From assembly GCA_039803745.1 (NCBI GenBank), contig JBDRZD010000026.1, positions 1-26,462 of the forward strand: a stretch of DNA of 26,462 bases, written 5' to 3'. Source of the stretch: a candidate division WOR-3 bacterium. Its GTDB lineage: Bacteria > Hydrothermota > Hydrothermia > Hydrothermales > Hydrothermaceae. The position numbers and the translations under genes were made by a program. A model generated the notes under the pieces. It was not told the origin of the DNA. It did not search any database and was given only the letters and a program-made list of their open reading frames with translations. This document shows, in pieces, positions 1 to 9,392 of this stretch; position 1 is the stretch's first letter; each line of letters opens with the position of its first letter.

Positions 1-1821
1 TTTTAAAAAATTAAGAATTTTATCTTTATACTTTTCTGGCTCTTTATAAATCTCTTTTTCTTTTTTATTTATAATATTTTCAATTTCATCAATTAAATTT
101 CTCAAAATTTTTCTTTTTTCAAGAAAATCTCTTTCATATTCTTCGTCATGGCATTCATTACAAAAATTTTCTTCTGGCTTTTTTATACTTTCTTTCTTTT
201 TATGGCAATCAAGACAACTTACCTCTGCTTCCTTCATAACATCAGGGGAAAAATCTTTAAATTTCCCATTATATATTTCATATTGGATTTTATGGCAGTT
301 TTCACAATTTTGAATTTTTTTATGATGGCAGGAATTGCATTCATATGAATTTTTATAAGTTAGACCGTGAATTTTCTTTGAATGGCAATCCTCACAGGAA
401 TTTATAAGAAGATGGGAATAGTGATTAAAGGTTTTATTTTTAACATTTACTTCCTGATGTTCTATACCAAAATGGCAGGAAAGACATTCAGGATCTTTTT
501 CAAAAAGCCTTTCAAGGGAAATTTTTTTTATATTTGAATCAAAAAATTTTCTTTCACCCTTTTCTAATTCTTCTTCAATTCTGTTTAAAATTAAATGGGC
601 ATATTTTATATTATGCAAGCCATTACTTTTGTCACTTTTAATAAATTCAAAATTCTGTTTTATTAAATCTGTATTTAAAGGAAGATTCAGGATATCTGAA
701 ATTTTAATAATTCTTTCTACCCTTTCATCCATCCTTTTAACTCTGTCCCTTATCCCTTTCTGCCAGATTACTGCAAGTTTATCATAACCTTTTCCATGGC
801 AATCATTACAAACCTGTGGGGTTGAAATGGTAAATATAGACTTATGTCCAAAAACCAATTTCTCCTCTTTAATCTGATGACAACCTATACATGAAACACC
901 TGATAAAAACATTGGGTCAGGAGTTACTGGCACATCTATTGCTCCTACACCTATATAAAGTCTTTCTTGAAGTGTATGTTTTCCACCATGGCATTCCTCG
1001 CATTTTGGAGAAAGGGCATAAGCCATTTCAATTTTTTTGTGTTTTATTTCACTATGACACCATTCACATTTTATCTTCTCTTTTGTTACATGCACATTAT
1101 GTAAGAATATGTGGTCTTTATATCCTATCTCTCTTTCAACATGGCATTGAGAACACTTCTCTTGAACAACTTCGCCTCTTCCTTCTGTTACATAAATATG
1201 GCATGTCCTGCACCCAATCTTTGCCTCTTCATATTTTGTATGGGAAAATTTAATACCCCTTACAAGGATAACCTCCTTTGGTGGACCATGACAACCCTCA
1301 CATCCTGCAACAGGTTCACTTGCCTCTTTACCTATAAAATGGCATATTATACATACATCTTTATTTACAGCAGTATGTTCTCCCTGAACAAGTTCTGAAT
1401 GGCAGGATTGACATGCAAGATTTACTCCCCTTATTTCTTTATCATAGTGTTTAACATGCTTGAATTTTATTCTTTTTGCAAATAAAACTTCACCTATTTC
1501 AAGTTCCTCTTTAACATGACATTTTTTACAATTTTTATCATCTATTTTTGAATGAAGCCTTACATGATACACTCCTGCAAAATATCTTATCATCTCAGCA
1601 AGCAATCTAAACTTACCTTCCATGTAACCGAAAAATCCTTTTCTATAATGACAATCTATACAATTAACATTGTTGTGGCTTGAAGAAAGCCAGTTTTCAT
1701 AATAGGATTTCATTATATGACAGGAATTACAGAAAGATGGGTTATCTGAAACTCTTATAAAAAGATAAAAGAAATACAAAATTAAAATAGTTAGTATTGG
1801 AAAAATTATTTTCTTTTTCAT
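1..1821 (-). CDS. Membrane-anchored NapC/NrfH-type multiheme cytochrome c with at least 18 CxxCH motifs; 3' end runs off the window
   Basis: Not in the ORF track. I translated it by hand from ATG 1821 (ATGA overlap with the stop at 1818); it is open for 607 codons to position 1. It begins [58 protein letters not shown] (N-terminal TM helix, CxxCHxM, WxxSxH). 18 CxxCH counted, plus a helical SNGLHNIKY segment. Collinear paralog of 5248..6930. Confidence 0.93.
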   Translation of the reverse strand, partial: MKKKIIFPILTILILYFFYLFIRVSDNPSFCNSCHIMKSYYENWLSSSHNNVNCIDCHYRKGFFGYMEGKFRLLAEMIRYFAGVYHVRLHSKIDDKNCKKCHVKEELEIGEVLFAKRIKFKHVKHYDKEIRGVNLACQSCHSELVQGEHTAVNKDVCIICHFIGKEASEPVAGCEGCHGPPKEVILVRGIKFSHTKYEEAKIGCRTCHIYVTEGRGEVVQEKCSQCHVEREIGYKDHIFLHNVHVTKEKIKCEWCHSEIKHKKIEMAYALSPKCEECHGGKHTLQERLYIGVGAIDVPVTPDPMFLSGVSCIGCHQIKEEKLVFGHKSIFTISTPQVCNDCHGKGYDKLAVIWQKGIRDRVKRMDERVERIIKISDILNLPLNTDLIKQNFEFIKSDKSNGLHNIKYAHLILNRIEEELEKGERKFFDSNIKKISLERLFEKDPECLSCHFGIEHQEVNVKNKTFNHYSHLLINSCEDCHSKKIHGLTYKNSYECNSCHHKKIQNCENCHKIQYEIYNGKFKDFSPDVMKEAEVSCLDCHKKKESIKKPEENFCNECHDEEYERDFLEKRKILRNLIDEIENIINKKEKEIYKEPEKYKDKILNFLK

Positions 1822-2678
1822 TCTTTTTTATTTTCCCTTTCCTTCATTATCTTCTCATATTCAAGTGGATGCTCTTTAATCATCCTTTCCTTACTTATTT
1901 TACCTGTGAAAATTGTCGGATTAAATGGAAAAACTTCTGGATTGAAATGGGCATTATACCAGTGCCATATTATTATTGCAAGGGTTGCAAGAAGTGCTTC
2001 ATCAGAATGTGCTTCCCTTGCTATATCAAGAAAAAATTTTGGAATAATTCCAAGAAAAAAATTATGTAACCACATAAGTGTTCCTGATACAATCATTATA
2101 ACCATTCCCCAGTAAACTGCCCAATAATCAAATTTTTCTATATAAGAATACCTTCCAAATTTCGGCTTTTCCTTTGTAAGACCCAAAAAATATTTTATAT
2201 TTTGAAAAAAATCAAGAAAATCTTTTTTCCTTGGCAAAAGTTCTTTAAATTCTCTTCTTCCTTCTTTTGTAAAAAGATATATTGTATGCCATATTGCAAC
2301 TAAAATTAAAAGTGCTGCACCAATTCTATGTAAAATTCTTGATACCTGTATCCCACCTGTTATTTTAAAATAAATTTCTGCCCATCCTGTTTCGTGAAAT
2401 TTTATTGGTAAACCTGTTATTATTAAAATTAAACAACCTAATGCAAGGATAAAGTGCTGTAATCTAACATTTAAACTGAATCTTATGAAATATTCCTCTT
2501 CCTCTTTCTTTATTTTTTCTCTTTCTTTTTTAATTCTCTTAATTTCCTTTTCTATCTCTTTTCTATACCTTTCTTTGATTTCCTCCTTTATTCTTTTTTT
2601 TATCTCTTCCTTTAATTCAATTCCATCCTTTTCAATTTCTTTTATTATTTCTTCATAAATTTTTTCTTCTTCTTTCAT
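1818..2678 (-). CDS. FdnI/HydC-family (CbcL-like) membrane cytochrome b with a charged N-terminal extension
   Basis: RFS..RLQH start of TM1, four TM helices, His in LQH, ILHR, IWHT, AHSDEA and WHWYNAH, plus the motif [17 protein letters not shown]. The first ~62 aa are almost entirely E/K/R/I. Confidence 0.88.
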   Translation of the reverse strand: MKEEEKIYEEIIKEIEKDGIELKEEIKKRIKEEIKERYRKEIEKEIKRIKKEREKIKKEEEEYFIRFSLNVRLQHFILALGCLILIITGLPIKFHETGWAEIYFKITGGIQVSRILHRIGAALLILVAIWHTIYLFTKEGRREFKELLPRKKDFLDFFQNIKYFLGLTKEKPKFGRYSYIEKFDYWAVYWGMVIMIVSGTLMWLHNFFLGIIPKFFLDIAREAHSDEALLATLAIIIWHWYNAHFNPEVFPFNPTIFTGKISKERMIKEHPLEYEKIMKERENKKE

Positions 2679-3703
2679 TTTTTAAACTTTCTTATACCTC
2701 TTCCTGTCAAATCAAGAATTATATGAACAATGAGGCCAAAAATCACAAGAAATGTAAACCATTTAAAAAAGTTATAAACATAATAAACAATGCCTGCCTC
2801 TTTTTCTTCAGGAATTATGTGATATTTTCCCTTTGCAACATTTTGAGAAGCACCGGGATGACATTTACCACATGTTGCTGCAAGATTTTTTGGATGAATT
2901 GGTGATTTTGGGTCAGTAGAGGGAAGGATATCATGATATCCATGGCAGGAAACACAATTTGCTGCTTTAACAACACCATATTCAAGTGCAATCCCGTGAA
3001 AACTTTCTTTAAAGGCTTCAACCTGTTTTACAGGAACACCATACTTTTTCATTATTGTTATATCTGCATGACACTTTTCACATGTACCAGTCACATTCTT
3101 TGGATTCAAAGTAGAACGGGGGTCCTCTGGTGGCAAAATGTCATGCTCTTTATGGCAATCATTACAAACTGCTGTTTCTAAAACCCCTTTTAAAAGAGCT
3201 TTACCATGAATTGATTTAATATATTCTTCTTTAACAAGTTTATGACATTTACCACAGGTATTTGGTATATTTTTCTTATTTATTGTGGATAGTGAATCAC
3301 CTGGATGTCTTATTGAATGAGTTGTATGACAATCAATACAATCAGGTGCAATTTTACCTTTCTCTTTCGCTCTTCCATGGACACTCTCTTTATATTTCTC
3401 AGGCATTTCCTTAACAGGGGCACCAACTACATTTCCTGCATAATGACATTGAAGGCAATGTATCTTTTTCGGTTTCCTTAAATGGGGAATTGTTATGACA
3501 TCATAATGGCATTGAGTACATAACATATCTTTATGAACACTTTGATAATATTCAGAAGGAGAAACAAAGAGAGGTCTTTCAATTCCATCCTCAATTATCT
3601 TATAATCCTCCTTACCATGGCATAAAAAGCATCTTCTATTTTTTGTAACTATATCCTGAGAGTAGAGATTAAAAATGAAAATTAAAGTTAAAAGTTTTTT
3701 CAT
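2675..3703 (-). CDS. Nonaheme cytochrome c with signal peptide and C-terminal TM anchor (resembles the CbcL periplasmic domain)
   Basis: 9 CxxCH; three repeats of SxHG..CxxCHxxH.I..S..N..TCxKCH; C-terminal hydrophobic helix ending VHIILDL. Confidence 0.9.
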   Translation of the reverse strand: MKKLLTLIFIFNLYSQDIVTKNRRCFLCHGKEDYKIIEDGIERPLFVSPSEYYQSVHKDMLCTQCHYDVITIPHLRKPKKIHCLQCHYAGNVVGAPVKEMPEKYKESVHGRAKEKGKIAPDCIDCHTTHSIRHPGDSLSTINKKNIPNTCGKCHKLVKEEYIKSIHGKALLKGVLETAVCNDCHKEHDILPPEDPRSTLNPKNVTGTCEKCHADITIMKKYGVPVKQVEAFKESFHGIALEYGVVKAANCVSCHGYHDILPSTDPKSPIHPKNLAATCGKCHPGASQNVAKGKYHIIPEEKEAGIVYYVYNFFKWFTFLVIFGLIVHIILDLTGRGIRKFKK

Positions 3704-4380
3704 TCTTCCCCCTTTTTCATCTCCTCATATTCAAGAAAATGCTCCTCTTTTAACCATTCCTCAGAAACATATCCATCCCAGAAACTTAAATTTATTGGAA
3801 AATTTGAAGGTGTTAAATGGATTTCGTATATATGCCAGAAAACTATAAAGATTAAAATGAGTGTTCCTCCCCATCCATGAATTCCATATACAAGGTCAAA
3901 TAACCATTTTGGAATTAAAACTAAAAAATAGTTATGCCACCACATAACAATCCCTGTTATTATCATAAGAAAAACGAATAGGAAAAATACCCAGTATTGG
4001 AGTTTTTCTTTAAATCCATACCTTTTTATCTTTGGTTTCTCTTCTATTTTTCCAAAATTATAAAGGATGGTTTTAAAATAATTTGAGAAATCATCTTTTT
4101 CAAATAAAAAACTTTTAAACTCCTTTCTACCTTCTTTTGTAAATATTATATAGATTAAATGATATAAGGCTGTGAATATCAATAAAAAGGCTGATAGTCT
4201 GTGAAGTGCCCCCCTTGCCTCAAAACCTCCTTCAAGGAAAATCAAGAATTTTCCAAACCATGAATCAGAAAATCTTAAAGCAATCCCTGAAATTATAAGA
4301 AGAAAAACAGAAACCATTAAAAGAAAATGCTGTATTCTCCAGTTTAATGAAAATCTCAAAATGTTTCTTTTACCCTTCAT
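3700..4380 (-). CDS. FdnI/HydC-family membrane cytochrome b, paralog of 1818..2678
   Basis: RFSLNWRIQH, ALHRL, LYHL, EKLQYW, GIHG and FWHIYEIH; C-terminal WLKEEHFLEYEE matches [11 protein letters not shown] of the paralog. Confidence 0.87.
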   Translation of the reverse strand: MKGKRNILRFSLNWRIQHFLLMVSVFLLIISGIALRFSDSWFGKFLIFLEGGFEARGALHRLSAFLLIFTALYHLIYIIFTKEGRKEFKSFLFEKDDFSNYFKTILYNFGKIEEKPKIKRYGFKEKLQYWVFFLFVFLMIITGIVMWWHNYFLVLIPKWLFDLVYGIHGWGGTLILIFIVFWHIYEIHLTPSNFPINLSFWDGYVSEEWLKEEHFLEYEEMKKGEE

Positions 4381-5354
4381 TTTCTTCTCCTTCTTAAATC
4401 AAGAATTATATGAAGTAAAAACATAAAGCCTAAAAAACTTATAAAACAAATATAAAAGACCCTGACAACATAAACACCAAAAGAAACTTCCTTTTTTGCT
4501 TCAACATGGATTTTAACATCCTTTAATTTCCATTCCTTATCTTTATGGCATTTACCACAGGTAATAGTAAGATTTGCTGGATGTATTGAACTTTCAGGGT
4601 TTGAAGATGGTAAAATTTTGTGATATTCATGGCAAGAGATACAATTTGCAGTATGCAATTCACCTTTATATAAAAATATACCATGATAACTTTTTTTATA
4701 AGTTGAAAAACGTCTTGGTGGAATTCCATAAAGGGAAGTAATCCTTGTATTTTCATGACATTTTGCGCAAGTCTCAGGGATTTTTTTTGGAGAAACAGGA
4801 GATTCAGGAGATAAAGGAGAAAGTATTTTATGTTCATAATGGCAATCTATGCAGGTAGGAGCATCTTTAATCCCTTTTTTAATTCCCTCAAAATGAATAC
4901 TTCCTTTATATTCTTCTCCCTCTTTTTTATGACAGGAAGAACATTTTTCCTGCACAAGAATCTTACCACCATAAACTTTAAATGAAATTGTTTTATGCTT
5001 TCCATGGCATTCAAAACATTTTAACTTATTAAAGTGGACACTTTTCTCAAAATTCATCACAACCTCAGGATGACAGGAAGAACAAGAAGATTTTTCAATT
5101 TTTAAGGGATGAGGAACTTTTTCAAACTCGCTATGGCAATCATTACAATTTAATAAAAGGTGAGGAGAAATAGAAAGAGAATCTTTAATAAGATTTGAAT
5201 GGCACTTTAAACAATCACCGTATAAATTTAAATTAAATATAAAAAGATTAATCGTGGCAATCTTTACAAACTTTGTAATCCACCTCAATTTTTTTATGGC
5301 AATCAGAACATTTAAATTCATTTTCTTCAATATGCAATTTATGAGAAAAATCAC
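4377..5354 (-). CDS. Nonaheme cytochrome c with C-terminal TM anchor, paralog of 2675..3703; true start probably downstream of 5354 (TTG at 5288)
   Basis: 9 CxxCH, the same repeat units and the C-terminus LHIILDL. The track start overlaps the upstream gene by 107 bp, whereas TTG 5288 gives a signal-like MRWITKFVKIATINLFIFNLNLYG. Confidence 0.88.
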   Translation of the reverse strand: MIFLINCILKKMNLNVLIAIKKLRWITKFVKIATINLFIFNLNLYGDCLKCHSNLIKDSLSISPHLLLNCNDCHSEFEKVPHPLKIEKSSCSSCHPEVVMNFEKSVHFNKLKCFECHGKHKTISFKVYGGKILVQEKCSSCHKKEGEEYKGSIHFEGIKKGIKDAPTCIDCHYEHKILSPLSPESPVSPKKIPETCAKCHENTRITSLYGIPPRRFSTYKKSYHGIFLYKGELHTANCISCHEYHKILPSSNPESSIHPANLTITCGKCHKDKEWKLKDVKIHVEAKKEVSFGVYVVRVFYICFISFLGFMFLLHIILDLRRRRK

Positions 5355-6930
5355 CTATTTTTGTTTTAAGAATTTTATTATAAACATTTTTATGACAGAG
5401 AATGCAATCTTTTCTAACCTTTTCTTTGTGATGGCAGGAAGTGCAACCCTTTTCATCAAATTTCAAAACCTCACCTTTCGGTTTTTCATAATGAGGTCTA
5501 TGACATTCTGTGCAGTTTAAATTCTCTTCATCTAAATGGGTTCTATGGGAAAAACTTATATTAAAAATTAAACCCCTTTTTTCTTCAATACCCTGATGAC
5601 ATCTCATACATATTCTTCTCTCAGGTCTATATTTTATCCACGGCAATGGAAAATACTTATCTATTTTTCTCTCTTTTAAATCCTCATTTACAAATTCAAT
5701 TGCCTTTTCAAGTAAAACCTGAGAATAATCAATGTTATGAATTGCATATCCTTTTTTAACAAGTTCAAAATTAAAGAGAGCATCATTTAATTTTTGGGAA
5801 TTCTTTGGAAGAATTTTTTTTGCCTCTTCTATTATTTTTTCAGTCTTTTTTATCTTATCTTTTATACTCTCTTCCCACATTTTATAGATGTTATAATAAG
5901 AAGCACCATGACAATTCATACAGGAAAAAGCACCTGATGTTTTTATTCCATCACCTTCCATAAAATGACACCCCTCACATCTAACACCTGCTATATACAT
6001 TGCAGATGGCATTGGCGGAATTCCTTTGCCTCCTATTCCCATATAAAGGTCCTTTTGTGGAGAATGCCCTTTTAAGTGGCATGTAGAACAGGGAGTTTTT
6101 ACAACTGCTTCAATATCCCTTGGCTTTCCATGATATATCTCCTGGTGGCAGGCTATGCATTCAACTTTATGATCTGTAATATGGGTTTCATGCATATATT
6201 CAATTTCATCATATTTTTCAATTCTTTCTGGCTCATTATGACAGGAAAAACATCTTTCTTTTGGAACCTCACCATTTCCTTCAACAGAATGGGAATGACA
6301 AAAGATGCAATCCATCCTGTATCTTTCAACATCTTTATGATCAAATTCAAAACCTGCTTCAAAAATTTTTTTCTCAGGTGCTCCATGGCATAACTTACAA
6401 TCTGCTATATCCTCACCTATTCTTTCAACTTCCTTAAAGTGACATAAAAAACAGGTTGTTTCTGTAACTTTTATATGTGCTCCCTGAACAATCTGGGAAT
6501 GGCATGAAGTGCATCTTAACTTTTTCTTTCTTCTCATCTCGGTTAAATGGGGAGTATGGTCAAATAAAACATTTTTAAATAAAGTTTTGCCTGCAAGGAG
6601 CCTTTTGTCATGACACCTTAAACATGCTTCATCCTCAATTTCAGTCCATGGATTTGTTGAATATGTTCCTGTTATGTATCTTGCAACCATCGCAAGTGCC
6701 TCATATTTTTTCCTTATTTCAGAAGTAATGCCTGGTGGAATATGACATTCAACACAGGAAACTTCATTATGGGAAGATGTTTCCCAGGATTTATAATAGG
6801 GTTTCATAACATGACATATATTCCCACAGAATTTGGGATGAGAGGTAATTTGAATTAAAAGAAAAAATAAAACAACTCCTAAAACTATAACAAAAGAAGA
6901 TAATATAAAGATTATCTCTACTTTCCTCAT
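5248..6930 (-). CDS. Membrane-anchored NapC/NrfH-type 18-heme cytochrome c (17 CxxCH plus 1 CxxxCH)
   Basis: N-terminal TM helix, FCGNICHVM, SWETSSH, helical GYAIHNIDY segment, and C-terminal cytochrome c3/c7-like FSHxxH...CxxCH units. Confidence 0.92.
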   Translation of the reverse strand: MRKVEIIFILSSFVIVLGVVLFFLLIQITSHPKFCGNICHVMKPYYKSWETSSHNEVSCVECHIPPGITSEIRKKYEALAMVARYITGTYSTNPWTEIEDEACLRCHDKRLLAGKTLFKNVLFDHTPHLTEMRRKKKLRCTSCHSQIVQGAHIKVTETTCFLCHFKEVERIGEDIADCKLCHGAPEKKIFEAGFEFDHKDVERYRMDCIFCHSHSVEGNGEVPKERCFSCHNEPERIEKYDEIEYMHETHITDHKVECIACHQEIYHGKPRDIEAVVKTPCSTCHLKGHSPQKDLYMGIGGKGIPPMPSAMYIAGVRCEGCHFMEGDGIKTSGAFSCMNCHGASYYNIYKMWEESIKDKIKKTEKIIEEAKKILPKNSQKLNDALFNFELVKKGYAIHNIDYSQVLLEKAIEFVNEDLKERKIDKYFPLPWIKYRPERRICMRCHQGIEEKRGLIFNISFSHRTHLDEENLNCTECHRPHYEKPKGEVLKFDEKGCTSCHHKEKVRKDCILCHKNVYNKILKTKIGDFSHKLHIEENEFKCSDCHKKIEVDYKVCKDCHD

Positions 6931-8072
6931 CTTTTTCTAATATATATTATAAGGGAAATTGTAAATAAAATGAAAAGCCATAAAAACGGTAAAAATAATT
7001 TTCTGCTTTCAAAAAGTTTTTTTCTCCTTATCCCTTCCCTTTGGACTTCCTGTGCTATTGACTTTGATTTTATAGCAAAACTTTTTATTTCTTCCAGTTT
7101 CAGGGAATGGGAAACAGGTCCTGCTTCTAAAAGATATGTTTTTGCCTCTTCTATTCTTCCCAAAAAATCTTCTACGCTTACAGGAATTTTCTTTAAATCT
7201 TCAATTATTTCTTCTGTTTTTAATATTTCCATTTGGGTTGTTATAAATAGTGTATATATTTCTTCTGCTATTTTATAATTTTTTGAATCCTTTGAATGGC
7301 ATAAAAGGCATTTTTCTTTCCAAAGCTTGTGTGAAGCTTTTTTCACATAATGATTTTCATGGCATATCTCGCATTCTCCATAACCAAGTTCCTTCCAGAA
7401 TTCAGCATGTTTACTTTTCAAAAAATATTCCCTTGTCTTTATATGACATTTACCACAAACTTTCTCAATTTCTCCAATTCCAGCAGGTGTTGCACCATGT
7501 GTTCCATGGCAATCTTTACATGTTGGTGAATTTGTATTTCCCTCTCTTAATTTTTGAGCATGAATTCCCAAATTATATTCAAGAACAACATCAGAAGAAA
7601 TATTATATTTTTTCATCATGTTAAAATCACTATGACATACTCCGCATGTGCGGGGCAAGTTAAGAATATTTGTTCTTGAATTATTATCAAATGAACTTAA
7701 AATTTCATGATGCCCATGACAATCAGTGCATAGTGCTACTTCTTCATTTCCCCTTTTAAAGGCTTCTCCATGTTCTGAGGTATAATAAAGGATTTCCTGA
7801 TCAAAGGGAATACCATAAGATTTCATAATTTTTGGCGAGCTATGACATTTTGAACAGATTTTTATTATCTCTTTTCTTTTTGGTTTACCTATAAATCCAT
7901 CATGATGGGCTTTTTTAATATCAATAGCATTCAAGTCTCCACCGTGACAGGCATCACATTTAACTTTTTCTTTATAATGAATACTTTTTGTATATTCATT
8001 TTTGACTTCTGAATGACATATAATACATCCTTCATTTTGAGAAATAAGCATCAAAAAAATAAAAAGTTTCAT
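6927..8072 (-). CDS. Nonaheme cytochrome c with helical stalk and C-terminal TM anchor
   Basis: 9 CxxCH in the first ~260 aa, then a ~95 aa helical region and a hydrophobic tail LFLPFLWLFILFTISLIIY. Confidence 0.9.
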   Translation of the reverse strand: MKLFIFLMLISQNEGCIICHSEVKNEYTKSIHYKEKVKCDACHGGDLNAIDIKKAHHDGFIGKPKRKEIIKICSKCHSSPKIMKSYGIPFDQEILYYTSEHGEAFKRGNEEVALCTDCHGHHEILSSFDNNSRTNILNLPRTCGVCHSDFNMMKKYNISSDVVLEYNLGIHAQKLREGNTNSPTCKDCHGTHGATPAGIGEIEKVCGKCHIKTREYFLKSKHAEFWKELGYGECEICHENHYVKKASHKLWKEKCLLCHSKDSKNYKIAEEIYTLFITTQMEILKTEEIIEDLKKIPVSVEDFLGRIEEAKTYLLEAGPVSHSLKLEEIKSFAIKSKSIAQEVQREGIRRKKLFESRKLFLPFLWLFILFTISLIIYIRKR

Positions 8073-8986
8073 TGTCTATAAAAACCAAAAATTCCTGTAA
8101 TTAAAATTGTAATTAAAACTATTAAAGAAATTATTAAAGAGATTTTCCTTTTATGAAGAGGTAAAGGTTTACTTTTGTCAATCCATGGTAAGATAAAAAT
8201 TAAAAGGATGGCAAGAAGAATGAATAAACCAAAGAGTGTCTTTGGCATATAAATTTTCAAAAAATAAACTGGCAAAATAAAAAGGGGCAAATATACTTTA
8301 GGAGGAGTTTTAAAGGGATTATAAATTTCAACATGTTTAAAAGGAAAAAGAATGGAAAGAGTTAAGAGGATACCTAAAAAGATAGTGAAAATAATAAATA
8401 TATCAAAAAAATAAAAGTTATGAACATTTTCTCTTTCAAATTTAAGAAAAATTAAAATTAAAATGACTATTGATAAAAATGGAATTATAAGGGAATGAAA
8501 AATATAAAATCTTATATGAACAAACTCATTTATTAAAAAGTTTCCAAAAAAGAAAGAATAAATAAAATTTAAAATTGGAATATCTCTTATTATTTCCATA
8601 ACTCTTTCAACTTTCCAGTATAAATTATTTTCCATTGGAAGCAAAATACCTGTAAAATATTCAAAAAATAAAAATAAAAGGAAAAGAAATGTAAAAACCC
8701 ATAAAAATTTATTATTTTCATAAAGTTTATAATAAAAAATTTTAACAATTTCTAAAATGGAAAAAAACAAAAGGAAATTTGCACCCCATAAATGCATATT
8801 AAAGAAATAATATCCAAATGCCACATCCCTTATTATAAAAAGTGTGCTCTCATAACCTTTTCCCATTGAGGGTATATAATAAAATAGCATAAAAAATCCT
8901 GTTAAAGCCTCAAATAAAAAATTTATTAAAATTAAAATTTCAAGAAAATATTTTTTTAAAGGGAAAAATTTATTAAAGGATAACAT
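8069..8986 (-). CDS. Divergent cytochrome b/b6 (fused PetB+PetD type) of a Rieske/cyt b complex; only the heme bL ligands are retained
   Basis: Family landmarks LTG..L..YY.P..YES, HLWGAN, FTG.LLP, RFY.FH...IP, NP..TP and LPWID. His65 and His164 are present; the partner His positions are E79 and L178/I179. Adjacent to a Rieske gene. Confidence 0.85.
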   Translation of the reverse strand: MLSFNKFFPLKKYFLEILILINFLFEALTGFFMLFYYIPSMGKGYESTLFIIRDVAFGYYFFNMHLWGANFLLFFSILEIVKIFYYKLYENNKFLWVFTFLFLLFLFFEYFTGILLPMENNLYWKVERVMEIIRDIPILNFIYSFFFGNFLINEFVHIRFYIFHSLIIPFLSIVILILIFLKFERENVHNFYFFDIFIIFTIFLGILLTLSILFPFKHVEIYNPFKTPPKVYLPLFILPVYFLKIYMPKTLFGLFILLAILLIFILPWIDKSKPLPLHKRKISLIISLIVLITILITGIFGFYRQ

Positions 8987-9392
8987 AAAATTTATCCCCT
9001 CTTTTTTCTATTTCATATCTTTTTAATGGAAAGGAAGGAGGACCTTTTAATGGATTCCCATTTAAATCAAATAATGCACCATGGCAGGGACAATTTATCA
9101 TTCTTTCTTCTTTTTTATATTCAAGTATGCATTTCATATGGGTGCAAACTGCTGATATTGCAATGAAACCTGTTTCAGTTTTTATAAAAAATAAAGGCTC
9201 CTTTAAATGGGGGATAAACTTATATTCCCATGGCGCAAGTTCGTTTGCCCCTTTAATTTCTATTTCCTTTTCAAATTCTTCTCTCTCAATCTTTGGTAAT
9301 TTTATAAATGAAAGGATTGAACCGATAATTCCTAAAAACCATGCAAAAATTGTTCCTTTAAAAATATAATTTAAAAAATCCCTCCTTTTCAT
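8973..9392 (-). CDS. Rieske [2Fe-2S] protein (QcrA/PetC-like), Tat-anchored
   Basis: MKRRDFL Tat motif plus TM helix; box I CTHMKC, box II CPCHG, and GPP..PL. Confidence 0.93.
   Translation of the reverse strand: MKRRDFLNYIFKGTIFAWFLGIIGSILSFIKLPKIEREEFEKEIEIKGANELAPWEYKFIPHLKEPLFFIKTETGFIAISAVCTHMKCILEYKKEERMINCPCHGALFDLNGNPLKGPPSFPLKRYEIEKRGDKFYVIL

Noticed and set aside
1818..4380. Formate dehydrogenase or hydrogenase operon suggested by the FdnI/HydC-like cytochromes b
   Set aside because: No catalytic subunits are present, and each cytochrome b is paired with a nonaheme cytochrome instead.
8069..8986. Cytochrome b pseudogene
   Set aside because: The reading frame is uninterrupted, the TM pattern and both bL ligands are retained, and it overlaps both neighbouring genes in the operon.
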